Source of the DNA: Octopus vulgaris
Lineage: Eukaryota
Length of the DNA stretch: 64,000 nt
Assembly: GCA_951406725.2 (NCBI GenBank)
Contig: OX597817.1
Location: 70,246,001 to 70,310,000, forward strand
Direction of reading: 5' to 3'
A program made the translations under genes and the position numbers. The notes under the pieces are model-generated. The model saw only the letters and a list, made by a program, of their open reading frames with translations, had not been told where the DNA came from and did not search any database. The first letter of the stretch is position 1. Every line of letters starts with the position of its first letter. Positions 42,120-56,224 of this stretch are shown here, piece after piece.

Positions 42120-45100
42120 GACACTATAACTGTCAGTGACATCTCTTTTCATAGTAGTTGTTAATTATCCCCTTTTAGTTACTCATGCTGCCTCTACATT
42201 ATAATCGGTAGATATATTCCATTTTCACACTGTAGTTCACTGTGTTCCCTTTTTTCACTGAATTTATCAATTACACAGTACTTATCAATGAAGCATATTT
42301 AAAATGTAGATAAATGTTGTGATCAAATGAACTGTAGTTGTCAGTAATCCTGATATGTATTATATATCAGGGATTCCTCTTTGCACTATGATTGTCAGTG
42401 ATCTTTCTTCGCACTGTGGATATCAGCGATTTCTTTTTATACTGTAAAATCACTAGTGGTAACACTTTACACCGAAAGGGTGAACTTTTAATAGTGATCC
42501 TTCGTAAATTCTAGCTATCAGCGATACTTTGCTGCATCGTAGTCGACTGCTATCTCTCACTACACTAATTCATTAATCCCAATTTATGCAATAGCTAACG
42601 GTGAGCTCCTTTCATATTATTGTCAGTATTCTTCATTACATTTTGTCTGTGACCCCGCTTTACACTGCACTTTTCGCTGATACATCTCTACACAGTAGCT
42701 GAAAGTGGTGGTTTCTATTTATTCCGTATCTATCAATGATCCCTCTTGACACTATAACTGGAAGTGGTTATTCCTTTTTGCACTTTAGTTATAGTGAACG
42801 TTCTTTATATTTTCAGTGGTGTTCCTTCTTTACACTCATATAATCTGCAGTTATCGCTTAAGCTGTAGTTCTCGATAATGATCCCTCAGTACACCGTCGC
42901 TACCAAGTAACCTTTACTTAGAGAGCTGTCAGTGATTTTTATTAGAATAAAGTAGGCAGCTGTGATCGATTTTTTTCACTTTACCTTTCAGTGATCCCTC
43001 ATGCAGTACTGAGTGATCCTAATTTGAAACGCATTCGTCAGAGGCCTATTTTTTACACCGAGAGGCCGTCAGTAGTGATCATATATCAGGTTCATTGTTA
43101 TTATACCCTATTGACATTACAGCTGTCACCGTGTTCTCTTGACATTGTAGCCATCGTTAGAGATCCTACTTTACACTGTAGCTTTTAGTATTCCCATTTT
43201 ACACCGCAAAGAAAAATTATTGATAGGGATATCATGGTTGTTGGCAGTGATCCCTCTTAACACTCTAATTACCAACGATCCAATTTTGCACTGTATTTGT
43301 CAGTAATCCCTTTTCGCACGGTAATTACTAGCTGTGACCCTTTTTACACTGTAACTCTCAGTGGACACTCTTTACTCTGTAACTGGCGGCAATCTCAACA
43401 CTGTTCTGCTTGATCAACTTTTACATTGAGCCGTTACTAATTCCTCTTTACAATGTACATATCTAATCCCTTTTTACACTATACTTCTCAACAGTGATCC
43501 TACTTCTCACTGTAGCTATTAGTTTGGGACCCTCTTTACATTGTAAATTTCAGTGATGAACTCTCTTCATATTGTAGTAGGTAGTAGTGACCTTGCAAAA
43601 ATTCATTTTTCAATGATCCTTCTTCACAAGTTAGATATCAGTGACCCCACTCTTTACACTATGGTTGTCAGTAATGATTCTTCTTTACGCATATCTGCCA
43701 TGACCCCTATTTACATTGTACTTGTTAGCAATCCATCTCAACATTAAACGTAATAATTTTTTTTATACCCATGTTTCAATGATTCCTTTTCCATTATCGT
43801 TGTCACTGATCCCTCTTTATCTTGACAATGGTTATGCATTTTTACACTGTATTCATTAGTAATCCCTCGTTGCACTACAGCTGTTAGTAGTATATCCCTT
43901 TCCACACTGTAGTTTTTAATAACATTTTTAAATTGTAGATGTCAATGAACTTCACTTAACGCTATAGCTGTTGATTGGGATATCTCTCTATACCAGCCCT
44001 TCCTTGCCTTTTAATTCTTGGGAATTCTAGAAATACATCCCCTGTCTCAAGGAATACCAACATAAAAATTAGTTTCTTTTTCTAGCATTAATTCAAATTT
44101 CAATACAGGATTAAAGTAGCCATAAAAACAATCTTTGAAACGTTTGACAATGCTGAACCCATCAGATGCCTCGAAGAAAGTTTAAGTAATTTCCCTTTAG
44201 CCAAAAAGCTAATTAAACGAAATCATATTAAAAGGTAATTTCTTTCCGGTAAGCTCATCTTACTGCTCACAAATACCAGAATATCCCTCAGAAATATGCT
44301 ATTCTTGTATCTCAAACTTATGAACATGGAATTAATTAAAAATACATTACCATATAATTAGCCTAATTATCAGTATTTCTGGGTGAATTCCTAGGAATAT
44401 CACACGGAACCTGAAGGTTCCAGGGAAACCTGTTTTGAAAAGAGCTCGAAGCTGAAATTGAACTTGACACTGCTTTATACCACCAGTGTGTGTGTGTGCG
44501 TGCGTGCGCCCATTTTACACGGTGCTTGTCGTGTTCACGTTTTACATAGTAGCTGGTCTTAATGATCCACTTTTACTGCATCCATCGGTGTCGGCTCGTC
44601 CTTATATTATAGTTGTTAGTGGCGATTGATCCCTCTTTACATTAGATACCAATGATACCCCCACTTCCTGACACGATAGTTATCAATTATCCTATTTTTC
44701 TCTGTAATTGACAATAACTTCTTCTCTGACTGAAGATGTCAGTGCTGTTCCCTCATTAAACTTTAGGTGTCAGTTATAGTGTGTGCATGTAGGCGTGGCT
44801 GTGTGGTAAGAAACTTGCTTCCCAACCATATGGTTCTGCGTTCAGTCCCACGGCATGGAACCTTGGGCCGACTAAAGCCTTGTGAGTGGATCTGGTAGTC
44901 AAAAACTGAAAGAAGTCTTTCGTATGTATGCGTGTGTGTGTGTGTGTATTTATGTGTGCATTTGTCCACCACCACTGCTTGACAGCCAGTGTTGGTGTGT
45001 TTTCATCCCCTAAACCTAGCGCTTCGGCAATAAAAAAAAACGACAGAATAAGTACCAGGCTTTAAAAAAATAAGTACTGGAGTCGATACATTCGATTAAA

Positions 45101-45620
45101 AATTCTACAAGAGGGTGCCCCAGTATAGCTGTAGCCTAACAACAGAAACATGGTATATGCGTGTGTGTATGCGTAATGACCGTGACCGTCAAAGGTGACC
45201 TCACTTTATACGATATACATTGAGGCTGGCAGTGTCGATTCCTCATTGTATTCTAATTGTCAGCCGTCCCTCAGCACACAGCAGATATCAAGGGTATTCC
45301 CTATTACACTACAGTTTTTAGTAATCCCTCATAGAGTTGTTATTAAGGATCCATCTTTATTCTCCAGGTGTCTCATCCTGCAAACAGCTGTTAGCTGTAA
45401 CATCTTGAACATGCTATCCTCATCAGTGATCCCTGTTTACACCCTAGCTCTCAACAGGGATCGCACTTTATAGCACAGCTGTGATACTTCTATGATGTTG
45501 TGGTCAGTGTTCCCTCTTTACACTGTTAGTGTGCTCTTGTTACTTTGTAGCTGTTAGTAGCCCCACTGCACACCAACATTATATATGATCTCACTTTACA
45601 TTGTAGTTATTTGTAATCCC
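42120..45620. repeat. Highly degenerate 28-bp minisatellite (approx. consensus CAGTGATCCCTCTTTACACTGTAGTTGT)
   Basis: Consecutive 28-nt units at e.g. 43247-43330. Blocks at about 42120-43980, 44500-44790 and 45180-45620. Confidence 0.8.
44791..45150 (+). mobile_element. SINE family A inserted into the minisatellite
   Basis: GGCGTGGCTGTGTGGTAAGAAACTTGCTTCCCAACC head plus family body. Confidence 0.8.
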
Positions 45621-47596
45621 TTGTAACCGATTTCTGTTTAAAGAAGTGCTAGAACAACACCCTGAAATGTTTTAGTTAATTGTATCAACCCCCGGGACCT
45701 AGTTTTGTGTGCAGCACTTAGCAATCTTTATTTATCAAATCATTAATTTATAGGACATAAACACGTCATTTTTTTTTTACTAGCGGTGTTACTTTAAAAA
45801 AAAAATATGTAGAGACAGATACACATCCCCTACCCACACACAGTTTACATCTACCAATTTCAATCACAAGACATTGGTCAGCACGAAGTAAGAGGAGAAA
45901 ATACTCAAAATGCTACGTGATTTCAAGGAATACAAGACCACGTGGCTGCGAAATGAACTTCTCAAGGCATTGTGCCTTATAGCCTAAGAGCAGATATAAA
46001 TTTTGATGTGAAGTATACGTGTGTGTGTGTGTGTGTGTTTGCTGACCGTTTTACTCTGCCTGTGTGGTCTACATGAATGTATTGCGGAGACATTGAAACA
46101 ATTGCATCATTTATATATAAATACACACCCACACACAAATGCGTGTGTGTGTACACTCAAAAGTACATATATGCAAAATCGGAATACACGTGTCACAACA
46201 TTACGTGTAGAAGTCGACAGTGACATTTCCCACCACCCACTCATTAGTTCACTATTAAAGTAAGGGCAGTGCACACGGTAATATACTTTGGCACACCTTT
46301 AAAGATATCATAGGTAGAATGCTTTTTTTTTTTCCCACTATTTGTAGCTATATTTACAAAACCAATATTACCTACAAATCACAATCTACAATGTTGATAA
46401 TTGTATGCTGTTCCAGACAACACCCTTTAAACACAATTAACAAAACACTGATCGATTTACTCATTACAAACCTATATATGCAGGGACACACACGTGTACG
46501 TACAGTATAGCACGTCATACGAATATGTTTGTGGCTGTATGCGAATGAGGGAGGGCTGTACCTTCGAACGCGGAGTAGCCGAAACAGGGGCAACTGAAGA
46601 AGGGGAATATTTTTTGTGTTGTATGTCTTGTACTCTGTTTTTTCGTGGTTTGAAAAAAAAAGTTCGTTTCCATGTTTTTGTTTCTCATTGTGTTCAACGT
46701 TTTTCTTTTTTTTTTGGTGTCCTGTACCCATATATGCATGTATATATACATACAGATGTAGGTATGTACATATATGTATGTATACATGCATATGTTTTAT
46801 ATATTATTATTATTTTGTTATTATATATATATATATATATATATGTGGGTGCCCCAGCATGGCCACAGATCGTGAGCTGAAACTAGAATCAATCAATCAA
46901 TCATATATATATATATATATATATATACATACATACACATGTATGTGTGTGGATCACAGAAAGATGGAGATAATAAATTTACATAAATTTATGCAATGAG
47001 GATTATAATTTCATCCTCATCATAATCATGTATGTATATACATACATATATTTACATTATATATTCTATAATTCAAATATATATAATGTGCAAAATTGTG
47101 TCTTTGGTGTGTGTGTGTATGTGCAACGGTCTGAAAGCATTTTCCTCACTCTCCTAAAGAGATGCTAACAAATCTATCACCCTGGTTGGCATTTGCCAGT
47201 CCTTCTGCCTTCTTTGTTCTCCGGGAGAAGCTGATTCCAATGGCATCCTGTTGCAACCATGCAATATATATTTACAGCCAGGATTAGGCTGTAAATATAT
47301 ATTAGGTTTGAGGGTTAACTTGTCCTATGGAGACAACAGTCTGACATTGACAGGATACAAACTCTTAATCTATTACTTGCTGCTGCGTACTCTGTCAATT
47401 CAGTCCTCTAAGCAGCCACAAAACATACCAACTGACTAACCCAACTATTACATGCGCACAGACATTGGCAGCAACAAATATCATTATAGTGTGAAATCTG
47501 TATAATACAAAATAGAAGAGTTGGATGTGGCACAATTTCTCGGTGCAAGGGAGATAATAAAAAAAATTCCATTTTCAATCGATATATTTTTCAACT

Positions 47597-47866
47597 GGGA
47601 AACCGGCCCTTATGAGCCGGGGCTCCTTGGCGTATAGGTTCCCTACTTGGACGGGACGCCGGTCCGTCGCAGGTGAGATGCAAGATGCAAGAGTGAGAGA
47701 AAGTTGTGGCGAAAGAGTCAGCAGAAGTTCGCCATTACCTTCTGCCGGAGCCGCGTGGAGCCTAGGTGTTTCGCTCATAGACACACACATCGCCCGGTCT
47801 GAGATTCGAACTCGCGATCCCTCGACCGCGAATCCGCTGCTCTAACCACTAGGCCATGTGCCTCCA
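47597..47866 (-). mobile_element. tRNA(Arg)-derived SINE
   Basis: Closely matches 34315-34602. Confidence 0.85.
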
Positions 47867-50579
47867 CTCTCAAATATATAGGCATGTACAAACAGAAAAT
47901 ATAATAATCATCCTTTCTACTATGGGACAAATGACTGAAATTTAGGTTTAGTAGGACATTACATCGACCACAGGTCTCAACTGGTACTAATTTTATCGAC
48001 TCCAAAAGGATGAAAAGCGAAGTCAACCTCAGCAGGATTTGGACCCAGAACATGAACATGGACGAAACGCGACTACACATTATTCCCTGCGTGCTAACAA
48101 TTTTTCCAGCTTGTCACCTTAGCCAGCTCTCCGCTAATAATAATAAAAAGAAAACGGCTGCGACAAACGCTGTATATAATTTTTCTTTTTGCTGTCGCAT
48201 GCGCGCGCGTAAACACACACACACACACGTTTACAGCTTGATTGAAAATAAAAATAATAAAGCAAAATGCAAACAACATTCAATAACTCAGGCAGCAAAA
48301 AGAAATCTTCGGACATTGTAACAATGAAAGGAAATTCACCAAAATATTTACAAACTGAAATTGAAGGGAAATAAAATTTAAGCAAAAAGCTTTCAATTTA
48401 AAATACCTGCTACAGTTTTAAGTACAAGTAAACTAACACACACACCAAACAGGCACGCACACACATGCACACACGCACGAACACGCACATGCACACAGAC
48501 ATGCACGCACACACTCAGACACATACACGCACGCACACGCACGCGCAACATATTCGCTAGCCACAACACATTCTTTATTTTCTCTTCTTGTTTCTTTCTG
48601 TGGAAGAGCATAGGCTCGAAATGTTAAAGACTTTTTCACTTCCCGAGCGTTAAACTAATACATCTGTTTGTTGTCTATACCACCTGTCTTCGTCTTTTGT
48701 TTTGTTTTTTTTATGAATTCTCCCTACATACCTACCTACCTACCTACATACATACATACAGGCACGCATGCGTGCATACATAGGGGCACAGGGATTCTTG
48801 TTTAGTTAACAAGTTCACTTTGCAACCATGCGGCTTCGGGCTCAGTTTCACTGCATGGCACTTAGATTAGTGTTTTCTAATGTGTGCCCGTGTATAGATT
48901 GGCACTCCATCGGTCACGAAGACAAGAGTTCTAGTTGATCCAGTCAACAGAACAGCTTGCTCGTGAAATTAACGTGCAAGTGGTTGAGCACTCCAGACAC
49001 ATGTACCCTTAATGTAGTTTTCAAAATGTGACAAGGCTAGCCCTTTGAATAACAAATACCACTCATCTTTGCCAGTTGGGTAGACTGGAGCAACGTAAAA
49101 TAAAGTGTCTTGCTCAAGGACACAATACTTCATCAGGAATCGAAAACATGACTTCACTATCTTGAGTCAAATATCCTAATCACTAAGCCACCTTCCTTCA
49201 CTGTATATACACATACACATATACAACCTCGATTTATTCACAAACCATGGGCCAGCCCAACCCAGGGCTACAATGGGAGATACAAACACAAGGTGTTATG
49301 CAATAGGACTGAACTTGAAACCACATTGTTGCAAAACGAATTCCTTAATTACACAGTCATACCTGCACAAAGGTGTACAAGACATGCAGAAGATCAAATT
49401 TCCACGGAGGAAAAAAAGTTACATGTAGCAGATACACCAGTGTGATTAGCAGTCATAAAATAAATGCTTTAATCGTGTCCAGTCATAGAGAAATATTACC
49501 TTGTTTGAAACGAGAGAAGGTTGGTGACTGGAAGGGTATCCAGCTGTAGAAATTCTGCCTCAATAACTGCTGTCTAACTCAAACAATTATGGAAAAGCAA
49601 ATATTAAAACAATGATAATGATGTGCATGGAGGTTCAACTAAAAGAAGCTGATAGATTCACTTAAGTGAGCGAATAAGCTGTAGAGGAAAGTGCTCCAAA
49701 AACATAGTATCCAGATAAAGGACACCATGAAAAATGTTTAGGGAGCAATCACTTCAGCTGGTAACAAGAAATACTTTCTCTGAATGAAGGATAAAGTGTA
49801 TGAAGTTTGTGTATGAAATATGTTGCAAGGTAAAGAAACAGAAGTAGTGCATGTGCAGAGAGGAGAAGGAGTCAAGGAAAGAAAAGGATATACTGTTGAA
49901 TATGTAATGTCAGTGCACATGAATGAAGGGGTACAAACGAACTGAGAGATAAACTGGGGGTAAGAGGGGACACGTGTAGTGTGCTAAGGACAAGAAGGAG
50001 ATGTATTTGGAGAATGAAAGTTGGATAAAGAAGTGCCAAATGAACAAAATAGAAGGCACATGAAGACAAACTGAGAAGTGGTAATGAAAGATATTACCTG
50101 AAAACTTCACCTCACAAAGAAGATAACAAAAGAGAGTAGCAAGTGAAAAGGTACTGTACAGGAAAAGATACATTCAACCCATGTCAGCATGGAAAACGGC
50201 CAAGATATTATAGCATTCATACATACAAAACTAAATAAATAAATTTGGATATGCCCTTTCTTGACATCATGTGATGCTGTCATACTAGTATTACTGTTCA
50301 TTTCCAGTCTTCCATGCAAGACTTGTCTGACCATGGGAAAACATTACCCTGCTTCGAAACATGTGAGTTAGCAACAGGCTGGGCATGTAGCCATAGAAAA
50401 TCTGCCTCATCAGATTTTTACTCTTTTATTCCTTTCCATCACTATATCATTCTCACTGCAAATATACTTTGATTTGTTACTGTTTTGCTTCATATTTCTA
50501 TGCTTTTCCCACTACATGTTTTACTTGTCTAACTTCATATATTTTTCATTGTCACTTCCTCTTTACCTCATATATACAT

Positions 50580-50651
<72 letters not shown>

Positions 50652-50910
50652 TATGCATACACACACACGCATATAATTTTCTTAATCACAATAATGTATA
50701 CCAATAAATGAGCTCCACAAGTATCAAACGTTTTTATTTCGTTTGTAAGCATATAAGTGTATCTATCTATATGTGTGCGTATGTGTGTATATATGTTACA
50801 AGCACTATTAGATAACTGTTGATTCTCCTCAGTTAATCCACTTCTGGTTGACAGGTGGTTTTCCTTTACACACACACACATATACGTGTATGTATGTATA
50901 TATGCATGTA

Positions 50911-50984
<74 letters not shown>

Positions 50985-51442
50985 CACTCAAAAATATATG
51001 TATTATATACAAATCCCCTACCATGACCCACCCATACATTTATGCCATAAAGTAAGCATTGTCAAATACAACAAAAGTATATTATATTAAAAATATAAAG
51101 TTTGTATAATGTAAAATATATTTTACATAGTACAAACATTAACTTATATAAAACCCGATATGCTGGGTAGAGTGGATAGATATCTTTATTATAGAAAAAG
51201 TTGAAAGCCTACTCAGAATTTTACCTCAATCCATTCATACTGACATACACACATTAACAATAACTTTCCATTACAATCCCTACATCTCTAAATTTAGTTT
51301 CAAATACACCAATCACCCACCCATTCACCCCATACATACCCACATCTTTTATGTAAATGTGAACAATTTTTCTTACCCCTCAAGTCACGAAAAGCCTTGC
51401 CCAAGGCAAAACTCTGATTAGGTTGTCAACTTTTGGTATAAA

Positions 51443-51491
<49 letters not shown>

Positions 51492-51613
51492 TATACACAC
51501 ACACACATCCACATTATATGCATGCACACACAAAAACACATAGATATATATATACATATAAGCACATACATGCATATATATATACACCCATGTATACATT
51601 CACACACACGCAT

Positions 51614-51669
<56 letters not shown>

Positions 51670-52857
51670 ATACATGTATGTATACATATATACTCACATA
51701 CACAAACAGTGGGTGCGAGGGGTGTTTGCAGACACTTATTTATCAGTATATTACTTTCTTCAAGCCAATTAAAAAGTTGTTTTTTTTTAAATTTCTTTCA
51801 GATCTTCCATAGCAGATAAAATGCTAAAAGCAAGAAACTAAAAGTCATGCAGTCGTTGTTGCCATATGTGCTGAAGACAGTGAATTAGAAATTGCCAACT
51901 TTCTAAATACTACAAGATCTAGAAGCCTCTGGCTGGAACGTATCAATGTTATTCAAGACAAAAAACATTCCAAACGTTCAGACATTAACAATGAGGGCCG
52001 TTGCCAAAAAGCTTCAGTTGTCTAAGTGGACTATCAGAACTAAGGTGCACAAGGACATTCAATGCAAGTAGTATGTTGTAGAAAGGGGTCAATTCATGTC
52101 TGCAAAGATACAGGAAAATCCTTCAATCTGTACCAAGTGGTTAATTAGCAAGTTTAAAACACTCACGAATGTGACATGCTTTGGTTCTTCCCGGATAGGA
52201 AAATTTTCAACCAAGACCAAAAATCAAGCAGGATAAATGACAGATAGTTATATGCAGATCCTCCTGTTGCCTTCAGAGTGATGCACACTAAGATTCTGGA
52301 AATGCTGATGGCTTTAGGAGTGGGGAGTAATGAAGCTTATGCCATGCCACCTCATAGGTTTACAGAGGGTTTTTGAATTAACACTACTGGATATGTCAAC
52401 GAGCTGAAAACATTTGTTAAGCCCAAGATGAATGAAGAACACAGTGGAAATTCCATGCATGTTACAACAAGACTCAGCACCATCTCACAAATCCTGAGTA
52501 AGCCAAGAATGAATGCCTGACAATCTTTACAATCATGTAACACCAAACTTGTGGACTCCAAGCTCACCAGATTTAAATCCCATAGACTGCTATGGGATTC
52601 AAATTGTTGAAAGTGAGACTAACCCACATCCTCACAATACCTATCTTCACTGGAGTCTGCCATTGTTCAGGTGATGTCTGAAATGAATAAGGACCATTTA
52701 GTGTAGGCATGTCAAGGATTTTAGTTCCACATTCAAACAATCACTGATGCTGAAGATGGATTCATAAAATAATCTTATAAGAAAGCTTATCAAGACCATG
52801 TGCACAAATTTTTATTAAAACACTAGATTTATACTAGTTTTATACTAGATTAGAGTT

Positions 52858-53100
52858 CATCATCATCATCATCATCGTTTAACGTCCGTTTTCCGCGCTA
52901 GCACGGGTTGGACGGTTTCGACCGGGGTCTGGGGAGCTCGGGACTGCCCCAGGCTCCAGTCTAGTCTGGCAGTGTTTCTACAGCTGGATGCCCTTCCTAA
53001 CGCCAACCACTCCGCGAGTGTAGTGGGTGTTTTTTACGTGCCACCTGCACAGGTGCCAGAGGGGTCTGGCATCGGCCACGTTCGGATGGTGCTTTTTATG
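52858..53100 (-). mobile_element. SINE-like element with RTE-type (GAT)n tail
   Basis: Minus strand GGTTGGCGTTAGGAAGGGCATCCAGCTGTAGAAAC...CGGACGTTAAACGATGATGATG. Relics of the same family at about 14125-14370 and 49490-49625. Confidence 0.7.
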
Positions 53101-53302
53101 TGGGGGGGGGGGTATAGAAATATATAGGGGAGCACCAGTGGGGAGGGGTGGTTCAGAGAAATGATGACAGGTTCTAGGCAAGTAGAACGTAGGATATCAA
53201 GAGAGGGGTAATGCATGGTGAAATAGCGTGCTGAAGAGGGGGGTTCGAAGAGTAGACACCTATAATGGTGGTGGGAGAAGCGACATCCGGTATAGATGGA
53301 AC

Positions 53303-54694
53303 TAGAGAAACGGGCGGGAATGGCGATGTTTTTAGGGTGGCATGTAGAGAGAAAAGGAAAGCAAAGCAGATTGGTGGTTATAAGTTCAAAACATTTAAAC
53401 GGTAACCAAATGTATGTATGTATGAAATAGAAGCGAGAATCTTAGCCTGCTCATGGACATCGCTGCAAGTCAGGGGAAGAAATGATAGTGAATGGTGGAG
53501 ATCGAATTAAAGGGAATATGCGAAGGTTGAACTTTAGAGAAACGGGCGGGAATGGCGATGTTTTTAGGGTGGCATGTAGAGAGAAAAGGAAAGCAAAGCA
53601 GATTGGTGGTTATAAGTTCAAAACATTTAAACGGTAGACAAATGTATGTATGTATGAAATAGAAGCGAGAATCTTAGTCTGCTCATGGACATCGCTGCAA
53701 GTCAGGGGAAGAAATGATAGTGAATGGTGGAGATCGAATTAAAGGGAATATGCGAAGGTTGAACTTTAGATAGTGAATGGTGGAGATCGAATTAAAGGAA
53801 TATGAAGTTGGAACTAGAGAAACGGGCGGGAATGGCGATGTTTTTAGGGTGGCATGTAGAGAGAAAAGGAAAGCAAAGCAGATTGGTGGTTATAAGTTCA
53901 AAACATTTAAACGGTAACCAAATGTATGTATGTATGAAATAGAAGCGAGAATCTTAGCCTGCTCATGGACATCGCTGCAAGTCAGGGGAAGAAATGATAG
54001 TGAATGGTGGAGATCGAATTAAAGGGAATATGCGAAGGTTGAACTTTAGAGAAACGGGCGGGAATGGCGATGTTTTTAGGGTGGCATGTAGAGAGAAAAG
54101 GAAAGCAAAGCAGATTGGTGGTTATAAGTTCAAAACATTTAAACGGTAGACAAATGTATGTATGTATGAAATAGAAGCGAGAATCTTAGCCTGCTCATGG
54201 ACATCGCTGCAAGTCAGGGGAAGAAATGATAGTGAATGGTGGAGATCGAATTAAAGGGAATATGCGAAGGTTGAACTTTAGAGAAACGGGCGGGAATGGC
54301 GATGTTTTTAGGGTGGCATGTAGAGAGAAAAGGAAAGCAAAGCAGATTGGTGGTTATAAGTTCAAAACATTTAAACGGTAGACAAATGTATGTATGTATG
54401 AAATAGAAGCGAGAATCTTAGCCTGCTCATGGACATCGCTGCAAGTCAGGGGAAGAAATGATAGTGAATGGTGGAGATCGAATTAAAGGGAATATGCGAA
54501 GGTTGAACTTTAGAGAAACGGGCGGGAATGGCGATGTTTTTAGGGTGGCATGTAGAGAGAAAAGGAAAGCAAAGCAGATTGGTGGTTATAAGTTCAAAAC
54601 ATTTAAACGGTAGACAAATGTATGTATGTATGAAATAGAAGCGAGAATCTTAGCCTGCTCATGGACATCGCTGCAAGTCAGGGGAAGAAATGAT
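53303..54694. repeat. 232-bp tandem repeat, about 5.8 near-identical copies
   Basis: Units start at 53303, 53535, 53815, 54047, 54279 and 54511, with a 48-bp partial duplication at 53767-53814. Confidence 0.95.
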
Positions 54695-54761
54695 GTTTTA
54701 TTAAATTACCAAATATGTCCTCAAATACCTCTCACACCCTGTATGTATGTATGTATGTATG

Positions 54762-54809
<48 letters not shown>

Positions 54810-54810
<1 letters not shown>

Positions 54811-56067
54811 TGGGTTGTTCGGAAAGTTCGTGCTGATTTATAGTCGCTTACCTTTCGACTTATTTTAGAACATGGTTGAGTCCATAAAATAGGATTTGGC
54901 TACACCTCCATTTAGAGCACAGTTTAAGCTATCTTTGCGTGGAAGAAGGTTTATGTTCCTATAACCTGTGTTAATTCTGTAACCCTTTAAAATGGAAGAT
55001 AAGAAAGTTCATTTTCAGCACTTGATGCTTTTCTTTTTCTGTAAAGGCAAAAATCCCTCACAAGCAACCAAAGAAATATGAGCAGTTTATGGTGATGTTC
55101 CTTTATCCAAAAGAACTGTACAGAACTAGTTCACAAGGTTCTCAGTTGAAGATTGTAGCCTTATTGATAAAAAGCGATCAGGCAGACCATCTACTACAGA
55201 TGATGACCAAATCAAGTCATTAATTGAGAATAACCCACATTGCACAACCCAAGAACGGGCAGAAAGCCTCAGCCTATCAAAATTCATCATTCATGAGCAC
55301 CTACAATGTTTGGGTACCACATGAGTTGAGTGAAAAGAACCTTTTGGATCGCATTTTCATCCGTGATTTGCTTTATAAACGGAATGAAAACACGCCTTTT
55401 TTAAAGCAAATTGTGACAGGTGATGAGAAATGGATTATCTACCGAAATGTTCAGAGAAAGCGATCCTGAAGTAAGCGACATGAGCCACTCTTAGCCACCC
55501 CAAAAGCAGGTCTTCACCCTAAAAAAGTCTTGATTTGTGTCTGGTGGATTGGAAAGGAATTCTGTACTATGAGCTTCTCCCAAGTAACCAGACAATTAAT
55601 TCTGAGAAATACTGCACACAACTGGATGAGTTAAAAGCAGCAATTCAAGAGAAACGTCCAGAATTGGCCAACAGGAAGGGTGTTGTTTTCCAACATGATA
55701 ATGCAAGACTGCACATTTCTTTGGGAACCAGACAAAAATTGCTGCAGCTCAGCAGGGATGTGTTACCCCACCCTCCATATTCACCAGATATTGGTCCTTC
55801 AGATTTCCACTTATTCAGGTCTCAGCAGAATAGCCTTAATGGTAAAAATTTCAATTCCTTGGATGACATAAAAAGATACTTTGATGAATTCTTTGCCATG
55901 AAACCACCTCAATTCTGGGAAGAAGATATTTTCAAGTTAAATAAAAGATGGAGATGCATTGTGCAACAAAATGGTTCATAGTTGGTTGATTAAAAATGTA
56001 ATGGCAAGTATTTATTGACCTTTTTCTTTCCTTTAAAAATCAGTACGAACTTTTCTGGACAATTCTA
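54810..56067 (+). mobile_element. Near full-length mariner (DD34D, mellifera-like) with pseudogenised transposase (54992-55981)
   Basis: TIRs TTGGGTTGTTCGGAAAGTTCGTGCTGATTT / AAATCAGTACGAACTTTTCTGGACAA. WVPHEL, TGDEKW, HDNAR and YSPDIGPSD (D34D) motifs, with stops and frameshifts. Confidence 0.93.
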
Positions 56068-56224
56068 CATGCATACACACATACATACATACATTGCATA
56101 CAAATATGGTGGCAGTCAACTCGCTATTTAGTATGGCTTCTGTTTCCTTCCTCTTTCTTTTTAAAACATAGCACCTCCATGTAATACATTTTCATTAAAA
56201 TCAAGATGTATACATTATTTCAAG

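Larger units (their letters stand above)
51707..54741 (+). mobile_element. Degenerate maT (DD37D) transposon interrupted by a 1.8-kb insertion
   Basis: TIRs CAGTGGGTGCGAGGGGTGTTTGCAGACA / TGTCCTCAAATACCTCTCACACCCTG|TA. QQDSAPSHK...W.PSSPDLNPID gives a D37D spacing, with stops. Insertion at 52858-54694. Confidence 0.85.
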
